Positions 46,792-60,064 of a stretch of DNA of 64,000 nucleotides are shown here, in pieces; positions within the stretch are counted from its first letter, which is position 1, and each line of letters begins with the position of its first letter. This stretch comes from Genypterus blacodes. Lineage: Eukaryota. Position numbers and translations under genes: made by a program. The DNA is taken from NCBI RefSeq assembly GCF_046128005.1, contig NW_027466835.1, positions 4,750,430 to 4,814,429 of the forward strand. The letters are read 5' to 3'. Below the pieces are notes generated by a model, which had not been told where the DNA came from, did no database searches, and worked only from the letters and a program-made list of their open reading frames with translations.

Positions 46792-47948
46792 ATCACCCTT
46801 CCATCGTGATTTCCCTCTCTGGTTGTGTTGCTTGTGACATTATTAATACTGTACAGCAGCAGCAGCATGGGTGTGTCCAGCTGTGTGTGTATGTGTGTGC
46901 TTGCGATATTCATTGAATAATAAACCTGCGATCATGTTGGAGCTCTCAACACTGCCAACCCATGCAGCATGTTTGAGTTCAAGTTCAGTTAAGAGACCAA
47001 GGTTGTTTTTTGGCATCAAAAAGTGAAAAACGCATTCCTCTGTTCGCTCCAGTTCCTGGACCTGTGGCTCAGAGACTTGTTTGTGGACAGGTAATAATCT
47101 CATTACAGAGGAACAGACGTCCTTTTCCATGACAACAGACACTCTTGTTTTACGCTGAATGATGAGGAGACAGTTTTGCGGGTGGAGCGTCGATGAACAG
47201 CGGCGAAGGAAGTGAGCTGCTACCACGGAATGAAATGATCATTCGTCATCTGTTGTTTTCTCCTTCGATATCCAAACCGGTTGTGTGTCTGCTTTGTGTT
47301 AGTGGTGCTGGAGGTAGAGGGTTTAGGCAGATCATGCTCGTGCAGCAAGAAACAACAGCAAAAAGAACGGGAGCAGATTTTTTTTGTTTTGTTTTGTTTT
47401 TGTTCTTGTTTGTTTGATTGTTTTTCATCATGGGGTGCAGGCGCTCGAGAAGAGTAGTGCTTCGGCAACGGGTGGGGGAGGGGGGAGGGGGCGGTGTCGT
47501 GTCGGGTCAGATGTTGTCGTGAGGTCAGCTGTGCCGATCCGACCGTTATGGCCGCCCGGAGACCTATCAGGATTTTAATATCACTGGAGAGAGAAAGAGA
47601 GGAGATGTGAGTAGATTTGTTGCAAAAAAAATCTAAAAGCAGGAATGCATCTTTATCATCTTCATCACTGGTCAAGTCACCCGTGACATTACAGCACAAT
47701 AAGCTAATAGCTTGTGTGGGATGTGACTAACACCTGCAGCTCACCATCATCACACCAAACCTACAGAAACCCCACTGCTCACTGATTAGGCAGAGTGGAG
47801 TGAACCTAATCCAGTGGCGTCACGTTAAAACCTTTTAGATATCATCATCAGCATTAATCTAACCAGACCAATAAGCACAGCTTTGGCTGCATAGCGACCA
47901 GGGCTGTGCAGAGACTCTTTAAAGGACAGGTGCTCAAAGTAAGGTGCC

Positions 47949-49387
47949 CTATACAACCACATGTGACTTACATCCCCAGTTGAGGGCAATGCCTGCAGTG
48001 ATGATGGCGATCCCTCCCAAAATGGAGACGACGGACAGCACCATGGCGTTGCGACCCAAGCGGCGAGCTCCATCGATGTTGCCCTGCTGCAGACTGTTCC
48101 TAGACTGTTCACACACAGGAGGTAAAGAAACGTTTACAAAGGTCTACTGGTGTACCTTGAGTTTGTTCGGAGCAACAAATTTGCAATATTATGCAAATAA
48201 CAAGGTACAAGCAAAGTTAGGGGTTTGCATATTTCACAGGCCAATTATACACTCCAGGATGTGTTGTTGATGTTGACATGGCTCTGATGTCTGTCTGAGC
48301 CTCTGTGTTGTGAAAATTAGTGCTGGTTACCTAATGTAGCCTGCAATGCACCACAACATTAATGGCGCTCTACTAGGAAGGTTGCTAATCAAACCACATC
48401 ACTCCTCCCTGAGACTGCAGAGATTTCTATGCAGCCAGCAGTGGTCTGCATGTGTTGGTCACGCTCCAAACTACCAGCAATGCATTTTACTTTGCTTAGT
48501 TTCTGCAATACCAGACTTGGCATTTTCTGCACCAAATCAGCTTAATGTTTTTACTAAACGAACAGATGGCGATGGAACGATCCCAGAAGTCCACAGCACA
48601 TTCTGGTTTCGTCTATTTTTGTTTATTTCATTAATTTCGATGGATCTGTAAAGTGATCAGGCTTTTTATGAGCATGGTGACAGATTAAAAGTATGATTGA
48701 CAAACCAAAATGATTAATGGCGATGTAAAGGGAGATCAGGTCGCCTTCTTCATTTAAAAGTCATACCATGACGGAGAAGGTGAGGGCTACGATGTTGATG
48801 GGCCACAGAGGACAGAAGCAGGACAAGATGGCCAGTATCAAATAGTCCCTTGGTTTGGACCCGTCTACCACGCCCTCCGGCATGGTGCTGGGCCGGCGGG
48901 TGAGCGAGGGCCTGGGTGAGCCGCCCGCCATAGAGCCAGACCGGCTGCCAGGGCGTGGCTGACCGTTGGGGTAACCGCCTGGCTTAGCGTGCTGCAGCAT
49001 GGGCGACACGGAAGACGTCGTTGGAGAGTCCACCAATACGGGACCAACACCGTTACCTGGAGGAGAAGAGTTTGGCACTGAAGGACTGAAAGTGTCATGA
49101 TCAAGACATAAATTCATGTGCCAAAATGGCTGCACAAACTGGATCATTTGTGATGGAAAGAATTGATTTAGGTCATGCAAGCTATCAGAAAGCAAAGATG
49201 AGGAATTATAATTACTGGTCTCCATGTTCTCATTCATGACCGTCAGATGGTCCATGGCTTTGCTGTCCTCTCCACTGGCGCCTTCGGCGCCGGCCGGTTG
49301 AGAGGTCACTGGAGTGTGTTCAGTGTCTCCTGGCTGTGTCTCCTCCATCCTGCTGGACGGCTGGGCGGTGCTGGGGCTGGCGGCCAT
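47949..49387 (-). CDS. prrt2: Proline-rich transmembrane protein of the CD225/dispanin family (PRRT2/PRRT1-like), two coding exons
   Basis: Exon 1 is complement(48767..49387). It encodes [12 protein letters not shown]..., a Pro/Ser-rich N-terminus, then ...[31 protein letters not shown], with a GTATGA donor.

Exon 2 is complement(47949..48104). It follows a tgtgtgaacag acceptor and encodes [51 protein letters not shown].

Together these reproduce the PRRT2 C-terminal dispanin domain ([22 protein letters not shown]...[20 protein letters not shown]...). The gene lies next to mvp, as in human 16p11.2. Confidence 0.7.
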
Positions 49388-51345
49388 TGGAAGATGAAGA
49401 CAAAGGTGTCGCTTCTAGTTGATGAGGAGAAGTTGGAGGCAGGGCTCTCGAGAAAGACAGAGAAATAGATTTGTGGTTAGAAAGATTTGTGGGAAGACCT
49501 GGTTCACGGTGACCAACACTTTTGCTTGTTCTGGTGGACTGTGAAGCTCGGCACTGGAGGACATGGAAGCTATTGAGGAATGATAGACTGTTCTGAGGAT
49601 AACGCTGTTATCTCAAAAGATCAGAGGCATGAATTCATTTTGATCTTTTCATGGTTTCTGTTGATAATAAAACAATGACATCACCATTGACCTTTAGGTG
49701 TGGCGACTGAACCGAGCGATGTCGTGGTTCTCAATCTTGCTTCTCGGGTCTGGCAGCACTCCTTGTTTTCCATCTCTCCCTGCTCTACCTTCGCCTACTA
49801 TCAAATTTGTTCTAGAAAGCGAAAATTGGCCAGCAAAGTAGAAACGTCAGACGGGGAAATTTGTGGTCTCGTTTGTCAGCAGAACTACAGAAAGGCAAAG
49901 CTGCAAAAATGACTCCAGAAGTTCCAAACATTGAAGCAAAGACGTTTCACCTATTTGTCGCTGATGTGGTCCTGCAGCAATAAAAACTGAAAATGGGATA
50001 TTTAGTCGTCGCTCACTGCTCCTATACGTTTCACCTTAATTTGATGGATGCTTTCTTGCCTTATGTCACCATAAAAACTCTGTGAGCTTCTGTTTAATAC
50101 ATGTTACGAGCGACACAAATGTCACAGCTGAATGATGTCGTGCTCCTCGAGAGTCTTACAGCATCGATCTGACTGCCTAAAACAGGAATCTGAAAAAAAA
50201 GCTCCATTGCGGCGCCTTCACGAGCGAATATTGAACCTGCCAAAGGTACGATTGATGACTTGTCCTGTTACCCCCGGGGACCCGACCGCTACAGCGCAGT
50301 TTCCCTCCGTAACGCTGACAGGGGGATAAACCAGAGGAACGCTATATATTTAGTGTCACGGCATAGAATAATTTCTTTAGTAGCCGGCACCTCTGTGGGC
50401 TCTTCAGCTGCAGTGGAAGCATCAGATGCATTTAAATCGTGGATCCTCTTAATGCAGCGCTGTAACTTTTTTGTCGTGTTTGCGAAAATCCTCATTACAT
50501 CCTGATGAGAATCCATCAATTCAATGCTGGAGTCTCTGCAGTGCTTTGTACTCATTTGGAAAAACCTTTGAGTCCGACAAATACCACCATGTACCACAAG
50601 GGGGATCACTGCCAACGCTGTCAATCACATCTCATGTGTCTTACACATACATTCACAACTTAAAAGCTGACTTCAACGTTTTGATCCTTTTGTAGCTTTT
50701 GTGTTATTTTAATCTCACATTTGAGATTGTTGCTAGGAAACTTGTCTCCACATCTCACCGTGACCTCACACGCAGACGTGCTCGTTCTACTTCTTATTGC
50801 ATACTTCACGGGTGAAAGGTGCCTTGTGAAATTGACAAATCATTAGAGGGGCGGGGCTCTAAACAGCTGATTCCCACAGCAATTAACCTGCTGTTGCTTT
50901 TGTTCCTTTTTCCGCTAAGTGGCAGGATTAACGTAGACTGATGGCAAAGTCTGCATCCAGCTTAAGAGTCCGGAGGGATAATTAGCGGGAAGAAATGACC
51001 ATTAAAGCCATCAGTGTCTGTTGTTTTTAGCTCTGCAGCAGCAGCAGCAGCTTGATCACTCAAGCCTTTGATAATGTTCTTTGTATTTCATGCTGAGGTT
51101 GGACAATATATCAGTTAGCTGATGTATCAGGTTGATGCAGGGCTATTATTACATACGAGCTAATGGCCGCTGATAGTTATCCACCGCTCATATGATCTGT
51201 GGACCCGCCTTGTCTTGGTGCTCAACAGTACCACACCAGAAAACACGGGAGGAAATCTAACAATCTGGATTTTCATGGTCCCACGATGGAGAGAAGCTGG
51301 AGTTGTGATCGAATCGGAACTTCTGGAGCTTTAGTTGGGCAAATA

Positions 51346-51741
51346 TCAGCAAATAAGTAAAAATAAAACGTCTGAGTTGTTTTCGCTTCTCCTTGGCCTG
51401 AAAAAAAAACACATTTTCAAATTCCCTGACCTTTTCAGGAGTTTGGTGACAGTAGAACCCCTGACATCAGCAATCAGAGAACTCCTACAGGGGCTGAATT
51501 TGATCCCTGTTTCATAGAAGCTAATTTCTTGGCTGTCTGGAGCCAAACGGGCTCCAACTTTTGTCATTTTCATCTTTGGGGAATGGTGGAAGTCTGTGGG
51601 GGCCAAATCAGGTGAGCGTGGTGGAAGCTGAACTAATTCAAGGGCGAGATGGTGGCCGGCAGCCAGCGAGTACATAATTGCTGTGGGCCGGCCAAGTTTG
51701 TCGTTGTCGTACAACTTACAGAGCCTCTTATTCCAGAACAT
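51346..51741 (-). mobile_element. Degenerate Tc1/mariner (mariner-like) transposase C-terminal remnant
   Basis: The minus-strand ORF ...KLYDNDKLGRPTAIMYSLAAGHHLALELVQLPPRSPDLAPTDFHHS...ISFYETGIKFSPCRS... retains the mariner hallmarks LLHDNARPH...LPHPPYSPDLAPSDFHLF...FYE.GI.KL in degenerate form. No intact transposase ORF or terminal inverted repeats were identified. Confidence 0.5.
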
Positions 51742-53256
51742 AATTCACGCTTTGCTTAAATGAATTCATGTGTATAAATACAACACTTATTACCTCCTTT
51801 GCTTGCTTCCCTACGTGTAAGGCTCAGCATTGACAGTTTGGGTCAAATGTCCAATATGTGCAACAGTAAATACAACTGCATGTGATAGGAGACAGAGATC
51901 TGAGTGTTAGACGCATTTCTGTTGCTTATCGGCCAATTTTGTAAGCTGATTTTTATTGAACTGGAGCCAAATGCCTTCTCTTTAATGGTTTCCTTTGCTG
52001 TCTATCCTGTTGAAATGAAGTGCACTTTATGCTATCTGATTCTGAAAACGCCAGGCTGCTGGTTGCTGCTGGTTGCCAGTCAGGATCAGGATCTGCTGGC
52101 TCCGGTCCACCTCTACACTCTGTCCTGAGCAGAGGAGCATCTGCAGTGTGTTTCTGTCCACTGCGTTTACAGACACAAGACATTTCTGTGTCATGATATC
52201 ACATCGGTTTTGCTCCACACAAACTCCCACACAAACGCAATTAAACCTGATGATGTAATACAACTGTTCTCAGTCAATTTGGGATTTATTTGCATTTGAT
52301 ACACAATTTCTCCTCATACATTCAAATCTCTTAAAATGTGCTTTCATTTCCATGTTTTTGAACGTCTTATGTTGGAGGTTGAGAGTCCAACCGAATGCCA
52401 CACCATCTGTATTCACGTATCATCACCTCATCCTCTCATTTTGAGGGTGTGCGGATCAGCAAATTTGGACGGTGTGGTGTTTGGTTGGACCTGACGACCC
52501 TCGGCGGCCCAGGGTTTGAGTCATCGCCTGTCAACCTGCATTTGTCCAAAATCATCCATGTAACCGAGCCACTCTGATCCAGCGGCAGGTGTCTCCAGCT
52601 CTTTCAATTACAGTGAATTAATAGTAGTAAGTAAGCAGGATTGAAAATAATAAATTTCTCCACCTCAACTCTCCTATTGAACCATGACAACTGGGAAAAG
52701 ATGTAATTTAAGAAGCAATAGTAGAGAGAAAAACACTAACAGCATGAACAGTACATGGCTGCTGCCTGTGTTTTATGCATAATTAACCCACACTGGTTCA
52801 CAAGCGTGTGTGACATCAGTTACCTTTCTTTCATGTATGTGCAGTGCACATACATGTACTAAAAGCATCCCCATCAGCATGAAAGCAGACAAAGGAAGAG
52901 GAAAATCCAAATGAGAGCCAAGAGAGGGCGACACACCCACTGAAAAGCAGCACATGTTTTACAGTAAAACACGCGGGGCGTTTTCACATTGAGGAGATAA
53001 GTGAGCTCTTACCTGGTCCTAGTCAACGGGATGTTGCAGGATAACGTTCATGTTGCCTCTGCAGAACACGTAGTACAATCCAGTAACACTGAAAAAAGAG
53101 TAACACCACTGTACAAAAATAACAAAGGAAGGACTGATGCACAATGCAGGATGGGCCACTTTTTAATAAAAGAAGCTATTTGTTTTTCCTGATTCTAGTT
53201 AAATTCTCTTATGATTTGACTTCTGAAGATGCAGGCTGGATTCTTACTGCCGCATC

Positions 53257-53266
53257 TCTCTCTCTC

Positions 53267-53312
<46 letters not shown>

Positions 53313-53375
53313 CCCCTCTCTCTCTCCCTCTCTCTCTCTACACCCTGCAAGAGGTAATAGTAAAAGGGAGGGGTG

Positions 53376-53428
<53 letters not shown>

Positions 53429-53436
53429 GGGGGGGG
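53257..53436. repeat. Composite (CT)n (53257-53312), (GT)n (53381-53411) and a 25-nt poly-G (53412-53436)
   Basis: Direct reading. The homopolymer G25 has G-quadruplex potential. Confidence 0.85.
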
Positions 53437-54525
53437 CTTTCACTGCTGCTCTCTCCGGCTACCACAATTGTAAAACTAGATGAAATTATAAACAACACCC
53501 ATGAAGACTTTCAAAGTAAATGTAACTCAAACTCGAAATAAAATGTGTTATTGTCAGTTGATTTAATAACATATTAGGATACCTCCCAATTCCAATGTAC
53601 TTGCTGTTCACTCAGGTATGTTTTGTAAAAATGTCTATTTAACAATGGAATTTTGTCATAAAATAGTGAAAGCCTATAACTATATGCAGTTTATTGCTAC
53701 ATTGACAGAACTTACTTTTATTCTGAAAGAATTTCCTCTTTTTTCCTCTGTCATCTTGGCTAACTTGCTGCATCTTTTTTTCTGCTTCATCCTGCTGCGT
53801 TTCTGCTGACATGACACAAGCACACTGCACCAGTTAGATATGCATGCTGGTTTTACTGGTTTCGGCACAGCAGCTTCATCATTCCTAGTGAATTACCTGA
53901 AAAAGAGATAGGAGAAATATAGAGACAATGAGGAAACTAGCAACTCACCAATCAAAATATTATTGGTGAATGAAATATATATAATATATTTCAGAAATTA
54001 AATATTTCAGAAATTAAATATTTTTGACACACTGCACCATAGTAGACAAATTCAGGAGCTTTCAGAGAGGAATCAGAATAAATGTTTTTGTAAATGTTAT
54101 TTTTAAAGATATTGAGTCCTTGGGTGCTGTTTGTAAACTCTCAAAAGACACAATTTTGAGTGCAATTACTCTTTATTTTCCCTTTACTACACATATGATC
54201 ATGTTTGGGTGGATAGAATACATTAAAACTAGGTTTCAGCGTTGTAGTGTTAAATATTACATATCCGCATAAATAAATGCAGATTTTTGATTGTTACTTA
54301 AAATCCTCTTATTTTTTTTCTTTTTAACATTTCTTTATTAGATTACTTCTACACTACTGCTACTACTACTACTAATAACAATAATTAATGGTCGAGGTCG
54401 CGTTTGGTGCTTTGCTGCCCTCCTGTGGCAGAAATCTATCATTACTGCCGGTGGTAAACAGAAGGACCATTTCCGCTTCGGTTTGTTTTTGACTGCTTCT
54501 CTTTCCGGTGTGGGCTCGGCTGTTT

Positions 54526-56431
54526 ATGGCTCTAGAAATGAGCAAATTACAGCTGCTGAACGCCTACCTGACCGAGCGTCTGGCCGTGGTGGTAAAGGAG
54601 ATCCTGGACGTGGTGGGAGACACGGTGACCGAGTACCGGGAGGAGACGGCCCGAGCCAAGCGGGAGAACGAGGACCTGCGGAGACAGCTGCGGGACATCG
54701 TGCTGCTGGAGGCCGAGACAGACTGGCTGAGTAAGCGCTCAGCTAGCTAGCTAGCTCCAGTGTCACGAACGAACCAGTAATTACTTTAAAAGGCCAGAAC
54801 GACACTAACATGTTAAACGTTGTCAAATGTTGAAACAGGCAGTCAGGATTAAAAATCACCATATCACACGGTCACCGGTTAATCCACTACACCGGACCAG
54901 CTTTGGGGTAGAACGATGTGAATAACAGATTTTTAAAGCTTTTGGATGCTCATGCAATGTACAATTTTACCGTCATGTTATTACGTTAGGTAAACGTTTC
55001 GGAGTTACACTATAAACAATTAATATAGTATACATTTACAGTTAGCATCGTAGCATTTCGAAAACTAAGACCACTGAGGTTTGTTTTGAATTGGTAGATT
55101 CAGATTCGGTCTTTAAGCTAAACTTAATTGAAAAAGACCTTACATTTAAGTATTAGTAGTGATATAATGGAGAGTGTGGTGATTAGTTCTTAATGTGAAG
55201 GAAGGGGATAATTATCTTGTGGCTTAATCCTATAATGTGAAGGAAGTTGAGCCTCAGGGCATCTAAAACATTAATCAAGTCACCATCAAATGGAACTGAA
55301 TGTGACATTTCTTTATTAGGGTCGACCAGGTCCAATCTTGCCTTTGCCGCCCCTGAGCAGCAGTCCACTGATGAGGAGCTGAGGACCCTTTCAGATGAAC
55401 CAGATCCAACCTCAAATCCGCCCCAGCATCAGCTGGTCGGTGCGCTCAAGCAGACGCATAAGCAGATTGCGGCTGTTGAGTCACTGTCAGGCCAGAGTAT
55501 GGCCCCCGCTGCACAGCTTCCTCAGGAGGCCCTGGTAGGACATAAACCCACCCAGAAGAAGTCTGCTGACCCCTGGGAGCCTGCGTTGAAGCCTGACCCT
55601 CTTGCTCAGCAGGAGGTATTTGAGAACGCCCTGCCTCTTGCGTCGCGCTCCTCGCTGAATGCTCCTTCTGCCTGTGTCCCTAAGATCCACATAGACATTC
55701 CAGCACACAGAGATGAACCCAAGCTCCCAGTTCCAACACTAATCAAAACTGAACCTGAGGAGTACACAGTGACCATCCCTGAAGGTCACACAGACTCTCT
55801 CTTACCAGACTCTCTGGCTACGCATGATCACACGCGCATGACCCTGGATGAGTCAAATTTCAGAAATGTAATGGATACAGATAGAACAGCAGTAATGGGT
55901 CTAGACCGACATGACGCTCAAGGAACTAGGAGGAGCTCTCAGGATAAGTTGACAGCCACCACTAATGAAGGCGTAGTCACCACAGCCGGTCACGAGCAGG
56001 ACGCTGTTCACCGTTGTCCACGCTGCGGGGAGTCCTTCGCCCAGGTCGGCAGCCTCCGCCTCCACTTGGAACAGAAACGAAAGACCTACGCCTGCGAATG
56101 GTGCTGCAAATCCTTCGCCCAGTCGGCGGATTTGCGGCGTCACCTACGCACGCACACGGGCGAAAGGCCTCACCGCTGCACCTTTTGCTCCAAGAGCTTC
56201 AGCCAGAGGGGCAACCTGAGGAGGCACCTACGCATCCACACGGGGGAGAGGCCGTACAGCTGCCCCTTCTGTGGCCGGACGTTCAGCGACGGCGACACCA
56301 TGAAAAAGCACAAGCGCACTCACTTGGGCGAGCGGCCGTTCCGATGCTTACAGTGCTCAAAGACTTTCATCACTGCCAGTGTGCTGCAGCTGCACCTAAA
56401 GAGGGACTTGTGCTTCTCAGCCAAAGTGTGA
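54526..56431 (+). CDS. C2H2 zinc-finger protein (6 fingers) with a fish-type FiNZ-like N-terminal exon. Two coding exons.
   Basis: Exon 1 is 54526-54730. It encodes [69 protein letters not shown]. The pattern ..RL.AAAEEI....E.T..EYEEE..R...EN..L is the FiNZ-type domain. It ends at a GTAAGC donor.

Exon 2 is about 55320-56431. It begins after a ttattag acceptor, with a long acidic/Pro linker and then six C2H2 fingers: [22 protein letters not shown].., [94 protein letters not shown].... The stop is at 56429-56431. Confidence 0.75.
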
Positions 56432-58133
56432 GTGGTCGGTTCAGTGGAGCGTCGGGTTGACTGATATAGTTACAGTGTTGTGGCAGCTACATAATTGTAT
56501 TGAGATGTTTTCATGTCTTCGTTTATTTATTTGTACGTATTTACTGTGTTTTTGTAACTTGACTTGAGACGCCTGCCTCCTTTGAAGGATACAAGCTATG
56601 ACCTGGTCGAGTTCTTTGCCCCCCAGAAGGCCTTCAAAGGAGGTGACGCAGACTACTTCAGTGTCAACCAGGAGAAAGACTTCAAAAGGTGAATTTCAGC
56701 CTGTTAGGCTTTTTAATACATTTATATATTTTGTACTTATGAATTACCTGTTTCCATCACCTTTGTAGGAAAAGTCCTTGTTGTCCCGTGAGGCGTCATT
56801 ATGTCCACTGGGTGGGTCGTGTGGTATTTGTTGACGTAAAGCAGATTGGAGGCGAGGTTGTGGACCGTTTTGTGATCTGCCACTCAGGTTGAATTTAAAT
56901 TGAAACGTAAACGCTCCTCTGTTGTGTTTCTGATTAGTTCCTGCAGCTCTGCACCATTTGTGTTGGTTGGTTTCCATACGTCTGTTTTGATTGTAGTGGA
57001 TGAGTGCTGAGACGTGTCGTAGGATGCATGAGTTAAGTAACTATTTGCTATCGGGACATATAAGAAGTCAGAAGCTAGAATGGTGCAGCAATAGACTGAT
57101 TCACACTTTACTAATTACAAAATAACCTTGGTTCTCTTTTTAACCAGTGTTAGGCGGATAGAATCTGTTTTGCATTTTATCTTGAAACCTGTCCTTGGAA
57201 ATTAAATTTGTCTAAATAATTAGTTTTAGCTGAATGTAAGAGGTGACAAAGGTAAATTATGACCAACATCTGCTTTATGCTGCAGTAATGACCTGAATCT
57301 AACTGATAGAAACTGGAGTCACAGTTTGTGTGTGTCCCTGCACAGCCGTGTGTGATTATCAGTATTTTGTATTCATCTGCAAGACGTCTCCCGTTTGTTT
57401 TGTTTTTTTTAAAGCAAAATAAAAGTTCAGTGAAAGAATTTAAGAACTTCATTTAATTTTCAGATCAGTTTCAGGCTCTTTGTAAATCGATGTAAGGCAT
57501 TGAAACGGCGCTTTTATGATTTTGTAATGAAGATATACATTTTGTGGAACAACTCATCCTGTATGTGTAATCGACACGTGGAGCGCCGTATGTTTCTGTC
57601 AGATCATTTCATAAATGGAAAGACCTCAGCAGTGCCACGGCCACTAAACTGTCAGCTCTTATGTTTAAACAAACTAAATGAAGTTATGGGTGACAGATGG
57701 AACATTATAGGGTTTAACAGCGGTGGGGGCTCTCTCCCTGATTTTTTGCATTTGTTCAACCAGGGCACTGCACGATAGATCGCATTCTTATTTAGTCCAT
57801 GGGCGAAGATGAACAGTGGCTCATATCACCGACATTAAAAACAAAATTGCTCTATTATTTCAACAAGTTATTTGTTTGAGAGGTGGTACATTGTCGTTTG
57901 TAAAAAAGAAAGTCAAAAACAGATGTTAAAGATTAGCTACATGTACGTCATAGCTGCTCCCGCGTCTATACTGCTCTATACATTTTGGAGAACAAAGGAA
58001 ATTATGAGAAAGAAGTTATAATATTTGGAGAGAAAGTCGAAAATGTTACTGGAATAAAATCATAAATCCTGTTGGTTACATTCTTATAATCTTTACATTT
58101 TGTTGTTTGTTTCCTGGCCATCTTCAAAAGGCT

Positions 58134-58138
<5 letters not shown>

Positions 58139-58232
<94 letters not shown>
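58139..58232. repeat. (CA)n microsatellite, about 46 units
   Basis: Direct reading of an uninterrupted ca repeat. Confidence 0.9.
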
Positions 58233-59089
58233 CACCAGAAGACACCAAAGATGTGCGTTTATATAGAAGATATTATAATAACTACAGTGTGTCTGTCATG
58301 ATAGAACATAGACATTAAGGGCATGCTGAGTTGTTGCAGATCAAACACTGAAGAAAATATGTGCAACCATGCATGACGTCATGAACTAGATTGGAGGGGT
58401 TGAATTGGATGCTTGTTAGGTTGTTTTGTAATCAAATATAAGGAAACTGGGATGAGAAGTTTATTGGCAACTGGTTAACTTGGTTAACATTTCAAAGAAG
58501 TTAAGTGGATGGACATATCCAAGCTGTATGCTGATCTAAACAACCAAAAAATATGAACACAAAGTAGCATCATTCATGGAGTATGAAAAACTCAATATTA
58601 GGACTAACAGAGCAGTAGTCTTTCAATGTTTAAGGATATGAGTGTCCGAGGTTCACCATTTCATTCAAGATCAAACATTACTGTCAGCAGCTTTATCCTC
58701 TACTGCTGTTTTCAACAACACGCTTGGGATTCTGAGTCTGTGACTGCTGATTCAATCTTGGAGCTCAGACACAGCAGTGTTTCTGCTATGTATGGGTCAA
58801 CATGTCTTTTCAGATTTTTTGTTCATATCTATTACAACATTTTGAACAGCTAGAGAGTATCTCTTCAGAGCAGATAAACATACCTTTTAAGTTCTTCACT
58901 GTGTCTTCACCTTTTTGTAAAAACACAACTTGCAAAGATTAATCGTTTCTTTCATCAATGTATTATCGTGCGTATCTTTACTTTAAGTGAACCTTTTCTT
59001 AATCACAAATTGAGCACCAATTCAGTTTTGTCATTTATATATTTTTAGTTGTCTTCATTAGTCAATTTTGAGAAAATTGATTACAACAA

Positions 59090-60064
59090 ATTGTGCAATT
59101 AAAAGGTTTCTCATGTGTCCATTTGGAGCAAATTGTTTACCACATATGCATAACTCAAACATTGCTCATATGCATCTGCAGACCTCTATGACAAATGGCT
59201 TAATTGAGAAGAGCAACTAAAGGTTTCTCTCTTGGATGGATTCTCAAATGGCTGATCTAGGTTCCACTTAGAGATTTTTTCTTTTCATTTATGGGGCAAC
59301 TAAATGGTTTTCCTCTTGAGTGGATTCTCATGTGCCTGTCCATGGTTGCATTTGAAGTTAACCCCCTGCCACATATGGAGCAACTAAATGGTTTCTCTCC
59401 TGTGTGGATTCTCATGTGGATGTTCCTTTATCCATTTCGAGAGAAATTCTTACCACATATTGAGCAACTAAATGGCCTTTCTCCTGTGTGGACTCTCATG
59501 TGGGTGAGCAGGTGCGTACTAACATTGAATTTCCTGCCACATTTGGGGCAACTAAATGGTTTCTCTCCTGTGTGGATTCTCATGTGGATGTTCCTGTATC
59601 CATTCCGAGAGAAATTCTTACCACATATTGAGCAACTAAATGGCTTTTCTCCTGTTTGGACTCTCATGTGGATGAGCAGGTACGTACTTACATTTAATTT
59701 CCTGCCACATATGGAGCAACTAAATGGTTTCTCTCCTGTGTGGCTTCTCATGTGGGAGTTTTCCTAAATCCAGTCAAAGAGAGTTTCTTACCACATATTG
59801 AGCAACTAAATGGCTTGTCTCCTGTATGGACTCTCATGTGGGTGAACATGGCTGATCTTTGCGCAAATGCTTTACCACATATGGAGCAATTAAATGGTTT
59901 ATCTCCTGTGTGCATTCTCTTGTTCATCTCCAGACTTGGCTTGCATGTAGAAGTTGTACTGCACTCATGGTAGCTAATAGATTTCTTGCCAGTATTACAA
60001 CTCACATCGCTGACGTCAACTTCAGGATCTAGACTGGGGATTGAGTCCTGCTGGGTGTCTGCAG
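59090..60064 (-). pseudogene. C2H2 zinc-finger gene with a disrupted reading frame. Probable pseudogene.
   Basis: The minus strand carries about 10 tandem [15 protein letters not shown].....L..HMR.H fingers, following a cctgcag acceptor at about 60064. The array has two lesions:
- A 2-nt indel near 59750. The sequence reads aaaactcccacatgagaagccac where KTHMRSH requires aaaactcacatgaga. This splits the array into two frames.
- An in-frame TAA near 59428, replacing the conserved Tyr in NFSRNG(Y)[14 protein letters not shown]. Fingers continue in-frame after it. Confidence 0.5.

Noticed and set aside
59291-59767. Plus-strand 158-aa ORF (repetitive [15 protein letters not shown]...) and minus-strand ORFs 62443-62709 and 62827-63195.
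   Set aside because: These are mirror-frame ORFs on the antisense strand of C2H2 finger arrays. The real genes are on the opposite strand in each case.
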